Assembly (NCBI GenBank): GCA_027021705.1
Contig: JALUTT010000073.1
Location: 37,993-101,992, forward strand
Reading direction: 5' to 3'
Length of the DNA stretch: 64,000 nt
Origin: Anaerolineae bacterium
Lineage (GTDB): Bacteria > Chloroflexota > Anaerolineae > S140-20
This document shows positions 27,448 through 37,264 of the stretch, piece by piece. The first letter of the stretch is position 1, and every line of letters begins with the position of its first letter. Under the pieces are notes generated by a model. It had not been told where the DNA came from. It did no database searches and was given only the letters and a program-made list of their open reading frames with translations. A program made the position numbers and the translations under genes.

Positions 27448-27987
27448 ATGTCTAAAGCGGTGGTGGCCTTCGGGTCGAACATCGAACCCGAGCGGTTCCT
27501 TCCGGCGGCGGTGCGGGAGCTGGCCCGACGGGTGCGCCTGCTGGCCGTTTCGCCCGTCTACCAGACGCCCCCCGTGGGGGCGCCGGGGACGCCGCCCTTT
27601 CTCAACGGAGCCTTGCTGGTGGAGACGTCCTTGTCTCCCCACGAGCTGCGTTGGCAGGTGCTCCGTCCCATCGAAGCGACTCTGGGCCGAGTTCGGGGCG
27701 AGGACCCCAATGCCCCACGCACCATTGACCTGGACCTGGTCCTGTATGAAGGCCGGGTCTGCGCCGAGCCTGATCTGGAACTGCCGGCCCCCGACTTGCT
27801 GCGCTATGCCCACGTCGCCCTCCCCCTGGCCGATCTGGTGCCTCACTGGGTCCATCCGGTGACGGGGGAGACGATGGCCCAGATCGGCGCCCGCTTCGCG
27901 GCGGTCGGCGCGGCTTTCCGCCGACGAGACGATGTGGCCTCGCTGCTGCGTGCTCTAGTCGTTCGGCCAGGTCCTGCGGAACCGTGA
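27448..27987 (+). CDS. folK: 2-amino-4-hydroxy-6-hydroxymethyldihydropteridine diphosphokinase
   Basis: AFGSNI, SPVYQT, FLNG and PRTIDLDL motifs. Confidence 0.95.
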   Translation: MSKAVVAFGSNIEPERFLPAAVRELARRVRLLAVSPVYQTPPVGAPGTPPFLNGALLVETSLSPHELRWQVLRPIEATLGRVRGEDPNAPRTIDLDLVLYEGRVCAEPDLELPAPDLLRYAHVALPLADLVPHWVHPVTGETMAQIGARFAAVGAAFRRRDDVASLLRALVVRPGPAEP

Positions 27988-28102
27988 TCCGTCTTGCCCC
28001 GCTCTTCGGGGCTCTTGCGGATCGCCGGTCCGCTGGGAGGTGAGGAGAGGGAGCGTCTGCCAGTCGGTCCTTAGATCAGCCAAGGGAAAGGATGGAGAGC
28101 AG

Positions 28103-28720
28103 ATGAAGAGCAACGGAAGAATGACGATCGAACGGGTGCAAGCGCCAACGAGTTGGCCTACAGAACCGATGGAGGCGCTGGTTCGGGACTGGCTTCGGCT
28201 CATCGGTGAGGATCCCAACCGGCAGGGGCTGAAGCGGACTCCAGAGCGTGTGGCCCGAATGTACGCTGAATTGACCGAGGGCTACCGGGTGGACCCGGTG
28301 GCGCTGGTGAACGAGGCCCTTTTCGACGTTGCCTACGACGAGATGGTGCTGGTCAAGGAGATTGAGTTCTACAGCCTGTGCGAGCATCATATGCTGCCCT
28401 TCTTCGGCCATGCCCACGTTGCCTACATCCCCGATGGGCGGGTCTTGGGCCTCTCCAAGATCCCGCGCATCGTCGAGATGTTCGCCCGCCGTCTGCAGGT
28501 GCAGGAGCGGATGACGGAGCAGATCGCCCAGTTCCTGGACGACCTGCTGCACCCCTTGGGGGTGGGGGTGGTGATCGAGGCGGCCCATATGTGTGCAATG
28601 ATGCGGGGCGTGAAGAAGGCTAACGCCCGGATGGTCACCAGTGCGATGAAGGGGAACTTCAAGCAGGACGAGCGTACCCGGATGGAGTTCCTGAGCTTGA
28701 TCGGGCGCGGGGGCTCATAG
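28103..28720 (+). CDS. folE: GTP cyclohydrolase I
   Basis: [40 protein letters not shown] and HMCAMMRG motifs. Confidence 0.97.
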   Translation: MKSNGRMTIERVQAPTSWPTEPMEALVRDWLRLIGEDPNRQGLKRTPERVARMYAELTEGYRVDPVALVNEALFDVAYDEMVLVKEIEFYSLCEHHMLPFFGHAHVAYIPDGRVLGLSKIPRIVEMFARRLQVQERMTEQIAQFLDDLLHPLGVGVVIEAAHMCAMMRGVKKANARMVTSAMKGNFKQDERTRMEFLSLIGRGGS

Positions 28721-28764
28721 GCCACAAGGTGGCCTGCTCGGCGGGCTTTCAAAGGGGGAGGCAA

Positions 28765-28793
28765 ATCGGCCCGGTGCTGAGCACCGGGCCGAT
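28765..28793. terminator. Perfect palindrome between convergent genes (probable terminator)
   Basis: ATCGGCCCGGTGCT-G-AGCACCGGGCCGAT. Confidence 0.6.
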
Positions 28794-28822
28794 CTCTGTC
28801 AGGAGCGTATCGGGAGCGGCGA

Positions 28823-29410
28823 TCAGGGCTCGATCTTCGTCCCCAGCACCTCTAGGAACTTGGCGATCCACTCGGGGTGGGCCGGCCAGGCCGGGGCGGT
28901 GACCAGATTGCCGTCCACCACGGCGTTGCTGAAGGTCTTGTTGACCTCGCCCAGGGTGGCCCCGGCGAGCTTCATCTCCGGCATCACCGCCGGATAGCCG
29001 ATGGCCGTCTTACCCTCCAGCACGCCGGCGGCCGAGAGGACCTGGACACCGTGGCAGATGGCTGCGATGGGCTTGTTGGCCTCGGCGAAGTGGCGGGTGA
29101 TCTCCAGGACTTTCTCGTCCAGGCGGAGGTACTCCGGGGCGCGTCCGCCGGGGATGACCAGGGCATCATACGACGCCGGGTCCACCTTGTCGAAGTCGTA
29201 GTTGAGGGTGAAGTTGTGGCCGCGCTTCTCGCTGTAGGTCTGATCCCCCTCGAAGTCGTGGATGGCTGTTCGGATCTGCTCGCCCGCCTTCTTGCCGGGG
29301 CAAACGGCGTGCACGCGGTGGCCTACCATCAGGAGCATCTGGAAGGGCACCATCACCTCGTAGTCCTCCGCGTAGTCACCGACGAGCATCAGGATCTTTT
29401 TAGGAGCCAT
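28823..29410 (-). CDS. DJ-1/PfpI family protein
   Basis: [44 protein letters not shown] and AWPAHP motifs. Start at 29410. Confidence 0.95.
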   Translation of the reverse strand: MAPKKILMLVGDYAEDYEVMVPFQMLLMVGHRVHAVCPGKKAGEQIRTAIHDFEGDQTYSEKRGHNFTLNYDFDKVDPASYDALVIPGGRAPEYLRLDEKVLEITRHFAEANKPIAAICHGVQVLSAAGVLEGKTAIGYPAVMPEMKLAGATLGEVNKTFSNAVVDGNLVTAPAWPAHPEWIAKFLEVLGTKIEP

Positions 29411-29473
29411 CTCTTCCTCCTTCCTTCCCTTTTGGATAGAAGTATGAGAAGCTATCGGAGACATTACACCGAT

Positions 29474-29502
29474 AGTGTATATCAAGAGATTGCCCCTGTC
29501 AA
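29474..29502 (-). promoter_or_regulatory. Sigma70 promoter for the PfpI gene, with an overlapping palindrome
   Basis: TTGACA-17nt-TACACT. TACAC-N5-GTGTA at 29465-29479. Confidence 0.7.
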
Positions 29503-29596
29503 TAGGGTTTCGGGGCCGCTCAAGCAAAACCCATATTCCCGAGGGCTCCGCGAGGTGACCTTCGTGGGTGCTCATCCTCTTGCGTTCGTCTCGTTC

Positions 29597-29731
29597 CGGT
29601 GATTACCCATATCTTGGAGATAGGGAGACTAGCCATCCACGAATGGGGCACGAATACACGAATTAAGGACCGCCTCATTCGTGGACGGCCTGCTACGGAC
29701 CCCTCTCTCGCTCACTTGTGGGTAATCACCG
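29597..29731. mobile_element. MITE family A, copy 3 (135 bp, internal deletion)
   Basis: Same TIRs and interior as copies 1 and 2. Lacks the segment between two ATTCGTG repeats. No clean TSD. Confidence 0.85.
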
Positions 29732-30041
29732 CACGCACTGACTTGACATGATGGATTATGGGTTATCACCGATCTCGTTGACTTGCGCGACACGATTTCG
29801 GGTGGGATGCCACAGGGCTCTCGTCATAGCATCATCATAGGTGTGGTCATAGGTCTCCTCTAGCCTGGAGGTGGCTTGGCAGTCGGCCTGTCGCCTGTCG
29901 TTCCCCAGGCGAGGCCGATCTCTGAACTATGTATGCGCAGTTTCCGGGTTGCTGCCGATCTCCTGGCTGCCAGGCTTCGTTTCGTGTTGGGCCTAGCGCC
30001 GGTCAGGGATGGCAATGGTGTCTCCTAGGAGAGGAAGCACG

Positions 30042-30281
30042 ATGTCCTACCAAGCCCTGGAGATGCTGGTTGGTGAGGCGATTATTGATCAGGAGTTCCG
30101 GTCCCGTCTCCTCAACGGCCAGCGCCCCCACATTCTACAGCAGTACGATCTGACTCCCGAGGAGCGCCGGATGCTCCTGAGCATCCAGGCCAATTCTCTG
30201 GAGGAGTTTGCCGCTTGCATTTACCATTGGCTGCAGACTCAGACTCACCCTGGCGGGGCAACGCCCTGGCTGGCCGCGTAA
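30042..30281 (+). CDS. Small NHLP-clan (Os1348/Franean1_4349-like) protein
   Basis: LVGEAIIDQEFRSRLL...YDLTPEE motif. SD AGGAGAGG. Confidence 0.7.
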   Translation: MSYQALEMLVGEAIIDQEFRSRLLNGQRPHILQQYDLTPEERRMLLSIQANSLEEFAACIYHWLQTQTHPGGATPWLAA

Positions 30282-30293
30282 CCGGGGAGCGAT

Positions 30294-30704
30294 ATGGCCG
30301 CTCGTATCCTCATTGCCGACGACGACCCCGACATGCGTCACCTGCTCCGGTTAATCCTCCGACGGCGAGGGTATCAGATCATCGAAGCTCAAGATGGCAA
30401 AGAGACGCTGGCGCGGGCGTCGGAGGAGAGACCTGATCTGATCCTGTTGGACATTATGATGCCCCGGATGAGCGGTTTCGAAGTCTGTCGCCGACTTCAA
30501 GCTGACAAGGGAACAATGCACATTCCCATCATCTTCCTCACAGCCAAGAGTGATCCCGTCAGCCGCAGCGAAGGACTTCGGTTAGGAGCTCGGGACTTCA
30601 TTAGTAAGATGGTTGGTCCTAAGCAGCTGGTTGAGCAGATCGAGCGGATCCTGAGTCCGTGCCGGGACGATGCTGCTCATGCTTCTCTGGCCAGCCAGGC
30701 GTAG
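30294..30704 (+). CDS. Single-domain response regulator
   Basis: ILIADDD, PDLILLDIMMP and IIFLTAK motifs. Confidence 0.92.
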   Translation: MAARILIADDDPDMRHLLRLILRRRGYQIIEAQDGKETLARASEERPDLILLDIMMPRMSGFEVCRRLQADKGTMHIPIIFLTAKSDPVSRSEGLRLGARDFISKMVGPKQLVEQIERILSPCRDDAAHASLASQA

Positions 30705-30727
30705 TCCCTGCCCTTAAGGTGAGCAAG

Positions 30728-30755
30728 CCCTTCGCCAAGCTGGCGAAGGGTTTCC
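30728..30755 (+). terminator. Hairpin, possible terminator
   Basis: CCCTTCGCCA/TGGCGAAGGG stem followed by TTTCC. Confidence 0.5.
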
Positions 30756-30773
30756 TCTGTTAATGGGGGTTCT

Positions 30774-31892
30774 GTGGACACCTTTCAGGTTCTCTATGCA
30801 ACGGACTTCCTTGAAGTTGCCCGATCTACCCGGCAGCGCCTGAACGTCTACATCCCCTCTTTGAAAATCCACCTAGTCAGTCCGGCTCATCAGGCCCTGA
30901 CGTGGCTTGACGCGAGACCTTTTCACGTGCTTCTGTTGGAGCCTTCCTCCTCCGAGGAGGCTCTGTCTCTGTTACAGACCCTTCGACGCCAGTTTCCTGC
31001 TCTCCCCGTCATCGTCCTGATAGAACCGGCCTCTCCCCAGGTTGTCGAAGCGTTCCTGAGGGCTAGCGCTTACGATTGCCTCCCTCGGAAGGAAGTTCTC
31101 CCCTCCCGGTTGGCTTCTCTCTTAAAGCATGCTGGTCATTACGCCCAACTGCTCCGCCAGCAGAGGGAGCTAAACACCTGTCTGGATACCAATCGTCTTC
31201 AGATCGAGACGTTGCGCCAGCAACTGAGCAGCCTGATTCACGATCTACGCACCCCACTCTCCAGTATCAAGCTTCACCTCACGCTGCTCCAGCGGGGGAA
31301 GGAGGAACGGCGCGAGGACTATCTGGCGACGCTGAGGCGGGAGGTGGAGCGGCTGGAGAGCCTTGTCCAGACAGCTCTTGAGTCTGCCCAGCCGGACCCT
31401 TCCGCCTCACCGGCGGCAAGGCAGACGTGCGACATCAACCAGGTGGTTCAAGCTTTGGTGAGGGATCGCCAGGAGATGGCTCATCAACGGGGGCTACGCT
31501 TCACTTGGCATCTGGCGCCTTACCTTCCCCCGGTGACCGGCAATGGGCCGATGATTGCCCAGGCCATAGACAACCTCATCATCAATGCCCTCAACTACAC
31601 GCCTGCGGGCGGGGAGGTTGCCGTCTACACGATGGGGCACCACTTAGGCGAAGAGAGGTGGATCACCATCACGGTCAGCGACACAGGGCTGGGCATCGCT
31701 CCTGAGGAGATCTCCCACCTCTTTGATCGGTACTACCGGGGAGAAGCAGCCCGACAGACGGGAAGGCCAGGCAGTGGGCTGGGCCTGGCGCTCAGTCGGG
31801 AGATCGTGGAAGCCCACGGGGGACGTATTGAGGTCGAAAGTCAGCTTGGGCAGGGAAGCTCCTTCACCATCTGGCTACCGGCGATCTCCTGA
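30774..31892 (+). CDS. Cytoplasmic histidine kinase with a degenerate N-terminal receiver
   Basis: HDLRTPL, NLIINALNY, DTGLGI and GSGLGL motifs. The N-terminal receiver-like segment lacks the conserved Asp residues. Confidence 0.88.
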   Translation: MDTFQVLYATDFLEVARSTRQRLNVYIPSLKIHLVSPAHQALTWLDARPFHVLLLEPSSSEEALSLLQTLRRQFPALPVIVLIEPASPQVVEAFLRASAYDCLPRKEVLPSRLASLLKHAGHYAQLLRQQRELNTCLDTNRLQIETLRQQLSSLIHDLRTPLSSIKLHLTLLQRGKEERREDYLATLRREVERLESLVQTALESAQPDPSASPAARQTCDINQVVQALVRDRQEMAHQRGLRFTWHLAPYLPPVTGNGPMIAQAIDNLIINALNYTPAGGEVAVYTMGHHLGEERWITITVSDTGLGIAPEEISHLFDRYYRGEAARQTGRPGSGLGLALSREIVEAHGGRIEVESQLGQGSSFTIWLPAIS

Positions 31893-31901
31893 AAGGGCGT
31901 T

Positions 31902-32615
31902 TCACTCCAGGGTGAACTCCCCCTGGGACTGGACCAGCCGGTAGCCCACCCCACGCTCGGTGATGATCAGCTTGGGATGGGAGGGGTCCTCCTCGATCTT
32001 CTGGCGGAGGTACCAGATATAGAGTTTGAGGTATTGGCGCTCTTCCTCGTAAGCCGGCCCCCAGACCTGGCTGAGGAGGAAGCGGTGGGTCAGCACCTTT
32101 CCCTCGTTGCGGATCAGGGTGGAAAGCAGTTTGAACTCGATGGGGGTCAGGTCCACCGGTTTGCCATTCACCCGCACTTCCCGGCTTTCCAGGTCCACCG
32201 TCAAGGGGCCATTCTTGTAGACCCGGGCTTCAATGCCCGTTCCCCCTCCCTGGCGGGCTCGACGCAGGACCGCCTCGATGCGCGCCAGGAGCTCCCGAGG
32301 GCTGAAAGGCTTCACCAGGTAGTCGTCGGCCCCCATCTCCAGCCCCCGCACGATGTCTGCCTCCTTCCCAATGGCTGTGACGAAGATGATGGGCACGTCG
32401 GAGAGCTCGCGCAGCCGTTCGCAGACGGTCCAGCCATCCATATCCGGCATCATAATGTCCAGCACGACCAGGTCCGGTTGCCAGGCATAAGCCTGCCGCA
32501 ATCCCTCAGCGCCATCGTGAGCCACGATGACCTGGTAGTCCTTTGCCTCCAGCTGCAACTGGATCAGCGAGGCAATGGCAGGATCATCCTCCACGACCAG
32601 GATGCGGGTTGGCAT
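31902..32615 (-). CDS. OmpR-family response regulator (KdpE-like)
   Basis: DIMMPDMDG, GADDYLVKPF, LRQKIEEDPSHP and TERGVGY motifs. Confidence 0.95.
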   Translation of the reverse strand: MPTRILVVEDDPAIASLIQLQLEAKDYQVIVAHDGAEGLRQAYAWQPDLVVLDIMMPDMDGWTVCERLRELSDVPIIFVTAIGKEADIVRGLEMGADDYLVKPFSPRELLARIEAVLRRARQGGGTGIEARVYKNGPLTVDLESREVRVNGKPVDLTPIEFKLLSTLIRNEGKVLTHRFLLSQVWGPAYEEERQYLKLYIWYLRQKIEEDPSHPKLIITERGVGYRLVQSQGEFTLE

Positions 32616-32686
32616 ACCTTCTCCTCCCTCTCACCACACAAAAGGTCCGGCTCTCCCCATTATACTACCCTTGAAGCAGAACTTTG

Positions 32687-33775
32687 TCAACGCCTTTCCG
32701 CAATTTCCGAGCGCCCCCGACGCTCTCTCACCTTCCGCCAGTGCCGCCAGCGCATCCAGGCCAGCAGGCGGGGCATCACCGTCGTGTAAAGCCTGTAGAG
32801 CAGGGGCCTGGCGGGGTAGTCGTAGGCCCCGATGTGGGGCACGAAGGTGCCGCCAAACCCCTGCTTGAAGCGGTAGACCCCCCACATCGGGTCATCCTCG
32901 TCCAGCCGATCCGGCGCTCCCCACAGGTCGTACTCCAGGCACCCCTGGCGCTTCGCCCAGCGGATCGCCTCCCACTGGAGCAGGTGGTTGGGCATCCGGT
33001 TGCGGTGCCGGCTGCGGGAGGCCCCGTACAGGTACCAGGCCCGCCCTCCGAAGCGAAAGAGGATGACCATCGCCAGGGGCTCCCCTTCGTACTCGGCGAT
33101 CAGGGGTTGGGCCAGCCCCGCCTGGATGAAACGGCCCCAGGCGTCCTGGTAGTAGGCGAAGGGACGGATGACGAAGCCATCGCGGTGGGCCGTCTCCTCG
33201 TACATCTGGTAGAGAAGCGGAAGGTCTTCCAGCCCGCCCTGGCGGACCGTCACCCCTTTCCGCCGGGCCAGCCGGATGTTGTAGCGCCACTTGCTCTTCA
33301 TTGCCGCCAGCAGCGCTTCCTCGTTGGGCCGCAGGTCGAGGACCATCGTATTGCGGAACTGGACCTGCTCCGGCGAGAGCCGCCATCCCCGCTGGCGCAG
33401 CAGGGCCACGACCGCCTCCCCTTCCGCCGTGTCGGTCCGCACGTCGGGGTCTATCTTGACGAAGATCGCCCGCACCCGGCGCGCGAACGCCTCCAGGTGC
33501 CCCAGGACCCCCTCCAGGACGGGAAGGTCTCCGTAGTCCAGGATGGGGCCTTTGGGGACGTAGAGCACCGAGAAGGGCAGGGGGGAGGCCTGCCGGTGCA
33601 GAACGAGGGCGGCCGCCTTGGGCGCTCCTCCTTCGCGAAAGAGCCAGTAGGTCGGCTGCCAGCCGTGACGCCCTTTGAAAGCGCCCCACTCCCAGCTCTG
33701 CAGCAGGTGGGGGTGGGGCAGTGACCGGAGGGCCTGGTCCCAGGTTGCCGGATCGGCGATGGTCTCCCCGCGCAT
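32687..33775 (-). CDS. FemAB/FemX-family peptidoglycan bridge aminoacyltransferase
   Basis: LQSWEWGAFK, YVPKGP, KWRYNIRLA, PNHLLQWEAI and GVYRFKQGFGG motifs. Confidence 0.92.
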   Translation of the reverse strand: MRGETIADPATWDQALRSLPHPHLLQSWEWGAFKGRHGWQPTYWLFREGGAPKAAALVLHRQASPLPFSVLYVPKGPILDYGDLPVLEGVLGHLEAFARRVRAIFVKIDPDVRTDTAEGEAVVALLRQRGWRLSPEQVQFRNTMVLDLRPNEEALLAAMKSKWRYNIRLARRKGVTVRQGGLEDLPLLYQMYEETAHRDGFVIRPFAYYQDAWGRFIQAGLAQPLIAEYEGEPLAMVILFRFGGRAWYLYGASRSRHRNRMPNHLLQWEAIRWAKRQGCLEYDLWGAPDRLDEDDPMWGVYRFKQGFGGTFVPHIGAYDYPARPLLYRLYTTVMPRLLAWMRWRHWRKVRERRGRSEIAERR

Positions 33776-33781
33776 CCTTCC

Positions 33782-35338
33782 CTATTCCCACTCGATGGTG
33801 GCCGGCGGCTTGCTGGTGATGTCGTAGACCACCCGGTTGACGCCGGCCACCTCGTTCACAATCCGGTTGCTCACCCGGGCCAGCAGTTCCAGGTCCAGCC
33901 GCGCCCAGTCGGCAGTCATAAAGTCCTCCGTCGTCACAGCCCGCAGGGCGACGGTGTAGCCGTAGGTCCGCTCATCGCCCATCACCCCTACGCTGCGCAC
34001 GGGTAGCAGGACGGCAAAGGCTTGCTGGGTCGCCTCCCGCAGCAGTCCCGCCGCCTCCAGTTCCTCCAGGAAGATGGCGTCGGCCTGGCGCAGCATGGCC
34101 AGCCGCTCTTCCGTCACCTCCCCCAGGATGCGGACGGCCAGCCCCGGCCCCGGGAAGGGCTGCCGCCAGAGGATCTCCGGGGGCAACCCCAGCGCCTCCC
34201 CCACCGCCCGCACCTCATCCTTGAAGAGGTAGCGCAACGGCTCGATCAGTTCAAAGGCCATCTCCTCCGGCAGCCCCCCCACGTTGTGATGGGTCTTGAT
34301 GCGAGCCGCGCTCTGCCGCTCCGGCCCCCGGCTCTCGATCACGTCGGGGTAGAGGGTCCCCTGGGCCAGGAAGCGGAAATGGCCCAACCGGCGGGCCTGC
34401 TCCTCGAAGAGCCGGATGAAGGTCTCTCCGATGATCCGGCGCTTGGCCTCCGGGTCGGTCACGCCCCGCAGGGCCTCTAGGAAGGTGCGGCGGGCGTCTA
34501 CCGCCACCAGCTCCATCCCCATCCCTTCGCGGAAGGTGCGCACCACCTGGGCCGGCTCCCCTTGCCGCAGGAGGCCGGTGTCCACGAAGACGCTGACCAG
34601 CCGGTCTCCGATGGCCCGGTGGACGAGGGCGGCTGTGACCGCCGAGTCCACGCCGCCGCTGAGGGCGCAGAGGACCCGGTCCCGCTCCCCCACCCGCTCC
34701 CGGATGGCGGCGATCTGCTGCTCGACAATGTTGCCCGGCGTCCAGGTGGGCCGACAGCCGCAGACCTGCAGGGCGAAGTTGCGCAGCATCACGCCCCCGT
34801 GGGGGGTGTGGACGACTTCGGGGTGGAACTGGACAGCGTAGAGCCCCCGGTGGGGATCGCCCATCGCCGCTACAGGCGAGTTGACCGTCCGGGCCAGGAC
34901 CTGGAAGCCGGGGGGCAGCCGCTCCACCCGGTCGCCGTGGGACATCCAGACGGGCAGGCCCTCAGCCGGGGCGGGGAGGCCGGTGAAGAGCGGGGCCTCG
35001 GGCTCGACGACGGTCAGCCGGGCGGGACCGTACTCCCGTTGCCGGGCCGGGGCCACCCTTCCCCCCAGGGCCTGGGCCAGCAACTGCATCCCGTAGCAGA
35101 TGCCCAGGACCGGCCGGCCGGAGGCGAGGACGTAGTCGGGCAAGGTGGGCGCCTCGGGGGCGTAGACGCTGGCCGGCCCCCCGGAGAGGATGAAGCCCCG
35201 GGGGCGCAGGGCCAGCACCTCCTCGGCCGGCGCATCCCAGGGGAAGAGCTCGCAGTAGACCTGGGCCTCGCGCACCCGCCGGACGATGAGCTGACTGGTC
35301 TGGGAACCGAAGTCGAGAACGATAAGGGTATTGGGCAT
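33782..35338 (-). CDS. guaA: GMP synthase (glutamine-hydrolysing)
   Basis: [36 protein letters not shown] and KPPATIEWE motifs. Confidence 0.98.
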   Translation of the reverse strand: MPNTLIVLDFGSQTSQLIVRRVREAQVYCELFPWDAPAEEVLALRPRGFILSGGPASVYAPEAPTLPDYVLASGRPVLGICYGMQLLAQALGGRVAPARQREYGPARLTVVEPEAPLFTGLPAPAEGLPVWMSHGDRVERLPPGFQVLARTVNSPVAAMGDPHRGLYAVQFHPEVVHTPHGGVMLRNFALQVCGCRPTWTPGNIVEQQIAAIRERVGERDRVLCALSGGVDSAVTAALVHRAIGDRLVSVFVDTGLLRQGEPAQVVRTFREGMGMELVAVDARRTFLEALRGVTDPEAKRRIIGETFIRLFEEQARRLGHFRFLAQGTLYPDVIESRGPERQSAARIKTHHNVGGLPEEMAFELIEPLRYLFKDEVRAVGEALGLPPEILWRQPFPGPGLAVRILGEVTEERLAMLRQADAIFLEELEAAGLLREATQQAFAVLLPVRSVGVMGDERTYGYTVALRAVTTEDFMTADWARLDLELLARVSNRIVNEVAGVNRVVYDITSKPPATIEWE

Positions 35339-35345
35339 GGTTGCA

Positions 35346-35450
35346 GTGAGGTGTGAGGTGTAAAACGTAAGGTGTGAAACGTGAAATGTGAAACGTGAAA
35401 CGTGAGGCGTGAAACGTGAAGCGTGAGGTGTGGAACGTGAAACGTAAGGC
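35346..35450. repeat. Heptamer array (GTGARRY) x15
   Basis: Fifteen 7-bp units between the four-helix-bundle stop and the guaA start. Confidence 0.92.
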
Positions 35451-35451
35451 G

Positions 35452-35901
35452 TTACTCCAGTCGGTAGGTGATCTCAGCTTCGCGCAAGGGGCGTCCCCGT
35501 TGCTGAGGGATCATCGTCAGCAGCAGTCGGATAATCTCGCTGAGCAGCGTCAGCCGGTGTTCGAGGATCTCATCTCCCAAGACGTAACGGGCTTTGAAGT
35601 ACCAATCACGGCTCTCGCGGGCCGACCCCAGAGCGTACTCGTAAAAGCGTGCGCGATCTCTGCCCGTGCCACGCGAATATCCTTCCGCCAGGTTGGCGCT
35701 GATGGAGCCCACCGCCCGGTATAGCTGGTCGGCCAAGGCTCTCGTCCGCCGGTCCCCGATCAGCCGAGTGACGTCCCGCCACCCCAGGTCACCCAGAAAC
35801 AGGGCCCGCCTGTACGCCTGCATCCTCCAAAGCGAATCTTTCTTGATCGCTGCCGGCACCTGGGCCTCCCACTCGGCGTATGTTCTCCAAACGCTGTTCA
35901 C
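35452..35901 (-). CDS. Four-helix-bundle protein (23S rRNA IVP / bAvd-like family)
   Basis: [19 protein letters not shown]...[15 protein letters not shown] signature. GTG start after an AGGAG-rich SD. Confidence 0.92.
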   Translation of the reverse strand: MNSVWRTYAEWEAQVPAAIKKDSLWRMQAYRRALFLGDLGWRDVTRLIGDRRTRALADQLYRAVGSISANLAEGYSRGTGRDRARFYEYALGSARESRDWYFKARYVLGDEILEHRLTLLSEIIRLLLTMIPQQRGRPLREAEITYRLE

Positions 35902-35911
35902 CTCCTCCCTC

Positions 35912-36037
35912 CTTTCACGCCTCACGCCTTACGTTTCACGCTTCACGTTTCACGCCTCACGCCTCACGCCTTACGTTTCACGCTTCACGTTTCATGCCTC
36001 ACGCTTCACACCTCACGCCTCACGCTTCACGCCTCAC
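35912..36037. repeat. Heptamer array (GYYTCAC) x18, inverted relative to 35346..35450
   Basis: Eighteen 7-bp units including a duplicated five-unit block. Confidence 0.92.
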
Positions 36038-37207
36038 ATTTTCCGCCCCCATCTCCCGATAAACCCCTACCAGCTTCTCCTGAGCCATTTGCCAAGTGAA
36101 CTCCCGGCGCACCCGCTGGTAGGCCGCTTCGGCCAGCTGGTCGGCCAAGGCCGGGTCGTCCAGGAGGCGGAGCACCACGCGGGCCAGGTCGCTGGGGTCA
36201 TCGGGGGTGAAGAGGAGGGCATCCACACCCTCCCGCATCAGTTCGCGCACGACGGGGAGGTTGGCGGCCACCACGGGCCGGCGGCAGGCCATATACTCCA
36301 GCAGCTTGATGGGGCTGCACCCCTGGGTGACGTTGCGGTCGTTGTAGCCCAGCGGAGCCAGGCAGATGGTGGCCCGGTTGATGAGGTCGGGGATCTGATC
36401 GGGAGGCAGTGGCCCTTCCAGGCTCACCCAGTCGGCCAGCCCCTGCTTGCGAATCCGCCGGCGCAGCATCTTGAGGCGGACCTTGCGCCCCCCGCCGACG
36501 ATGCGCAGCCGGACGGGGCGCTCGGCCAGGATGTGGGGCATCGCGTCCAGCGCCGTCTCCACCCCTTGCCAGGAGGCCAACGTCCCCACGTAGAGCAGGG
36601 TCGGCGGCTCCGTGGGCTCGACGGGCCGGGGGGCGAAGCGGGTTGGGTCCACGCCGTTGGGGATGACGACGATGCGCTCCGGGGGGATGCCCAGGCTGCG
36701 GATGTACTCCCGGGTCACCCGGCTGGGGCAGAGGATCCGGTCGGCCCGGTGGAGGGTGAAGACCTCCTGCTGGCGCAGCTTCTCCAGGAGAGGCTGGTGG
36801 CGCAGGGCCGGGTAGTGGTACTTGAGCTCGATGCTGGGAAGGCCGTTGACCTCGTAGATCGTCCGGTAGGGGGGGCGCCGTCCATCACCGGCCCGGACGG
36901 CCGGCAGCCCGCTCCAGATGGAGCGGAAGTGCACCACGGCGTAACCGGGGTGGGTCGCCAGATGACGGGCCACCATCTCGGAGAAGGCCATCGCCCGCCG
37001 CAGGAAGTTCGTGTCTTGGGAATGGAAGCGCCAGATGCGTGCGCCTTCGTAGGTCCCTTCGGCAGGAAGGCCAGGCGTGCCGGCCGTCAGGAGATGGACC
37101 TCATAGCCGGCCTGAACCAGCCCCCGCACGAAGTAGGTGATGTGGGTGCTGGCTCCCTTGGGACTGGGCACGACATCGAACGCGGCGTAGAGGACCGTTG
37201 GGTTCAT
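36020..37207 (-). CDS. Glycosyltransferase family 4
   Basis: IPNGVD, YVGTLASWQG and PIKLLEYMACRRPVV motifs. Confidence 0.92.
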   Translation of the reverse strand: MNPTVLYAAFDVVPSPKGASTHITYFVRGLVQAGYEVHLLTAGTPGLPAEGTYEGARIWRFHSQDTNFLRRAMAFSEMVARHLATHPGYAVVHFRSIWSGLPAVRAGDGRRPPYRTIYEVNGLPSIELKYHYPALRHQPLLEKLRQQEVFTLHRADRILCPSRVTREYIRSLGIPPERIVVIPNGVDPTRFAPRPVEPTEPPTLLYVGTLASWQGVETALDAMPHILAERPVRLRIVGGGRKVRLKMLRRRIRKQGLADWVSLEGPLPPDQIPDLINRATICLAPLGYNDRNVTQGCSPIKLLEYMACRRPVVAANLPVVRELMREGVDALLFTPDDPSDLARVVLRLLDDPALADQLAEAAYQRVRREFTWQMAQEKLVGVYREMGAENVRREA

Positions 37208-37264
37208 CCGAGGGATCGGTCTACAGGGCAGGGAGGTGACGGGTCGGCGCGGTGGACCGTGGGC

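Noticed and set aside
35346..36037. Diversity-generating retroelement suggested by the Avd-like fold
   Set aside because: No reverse transcriptase and no template/variable repeat pair is visible in the window.
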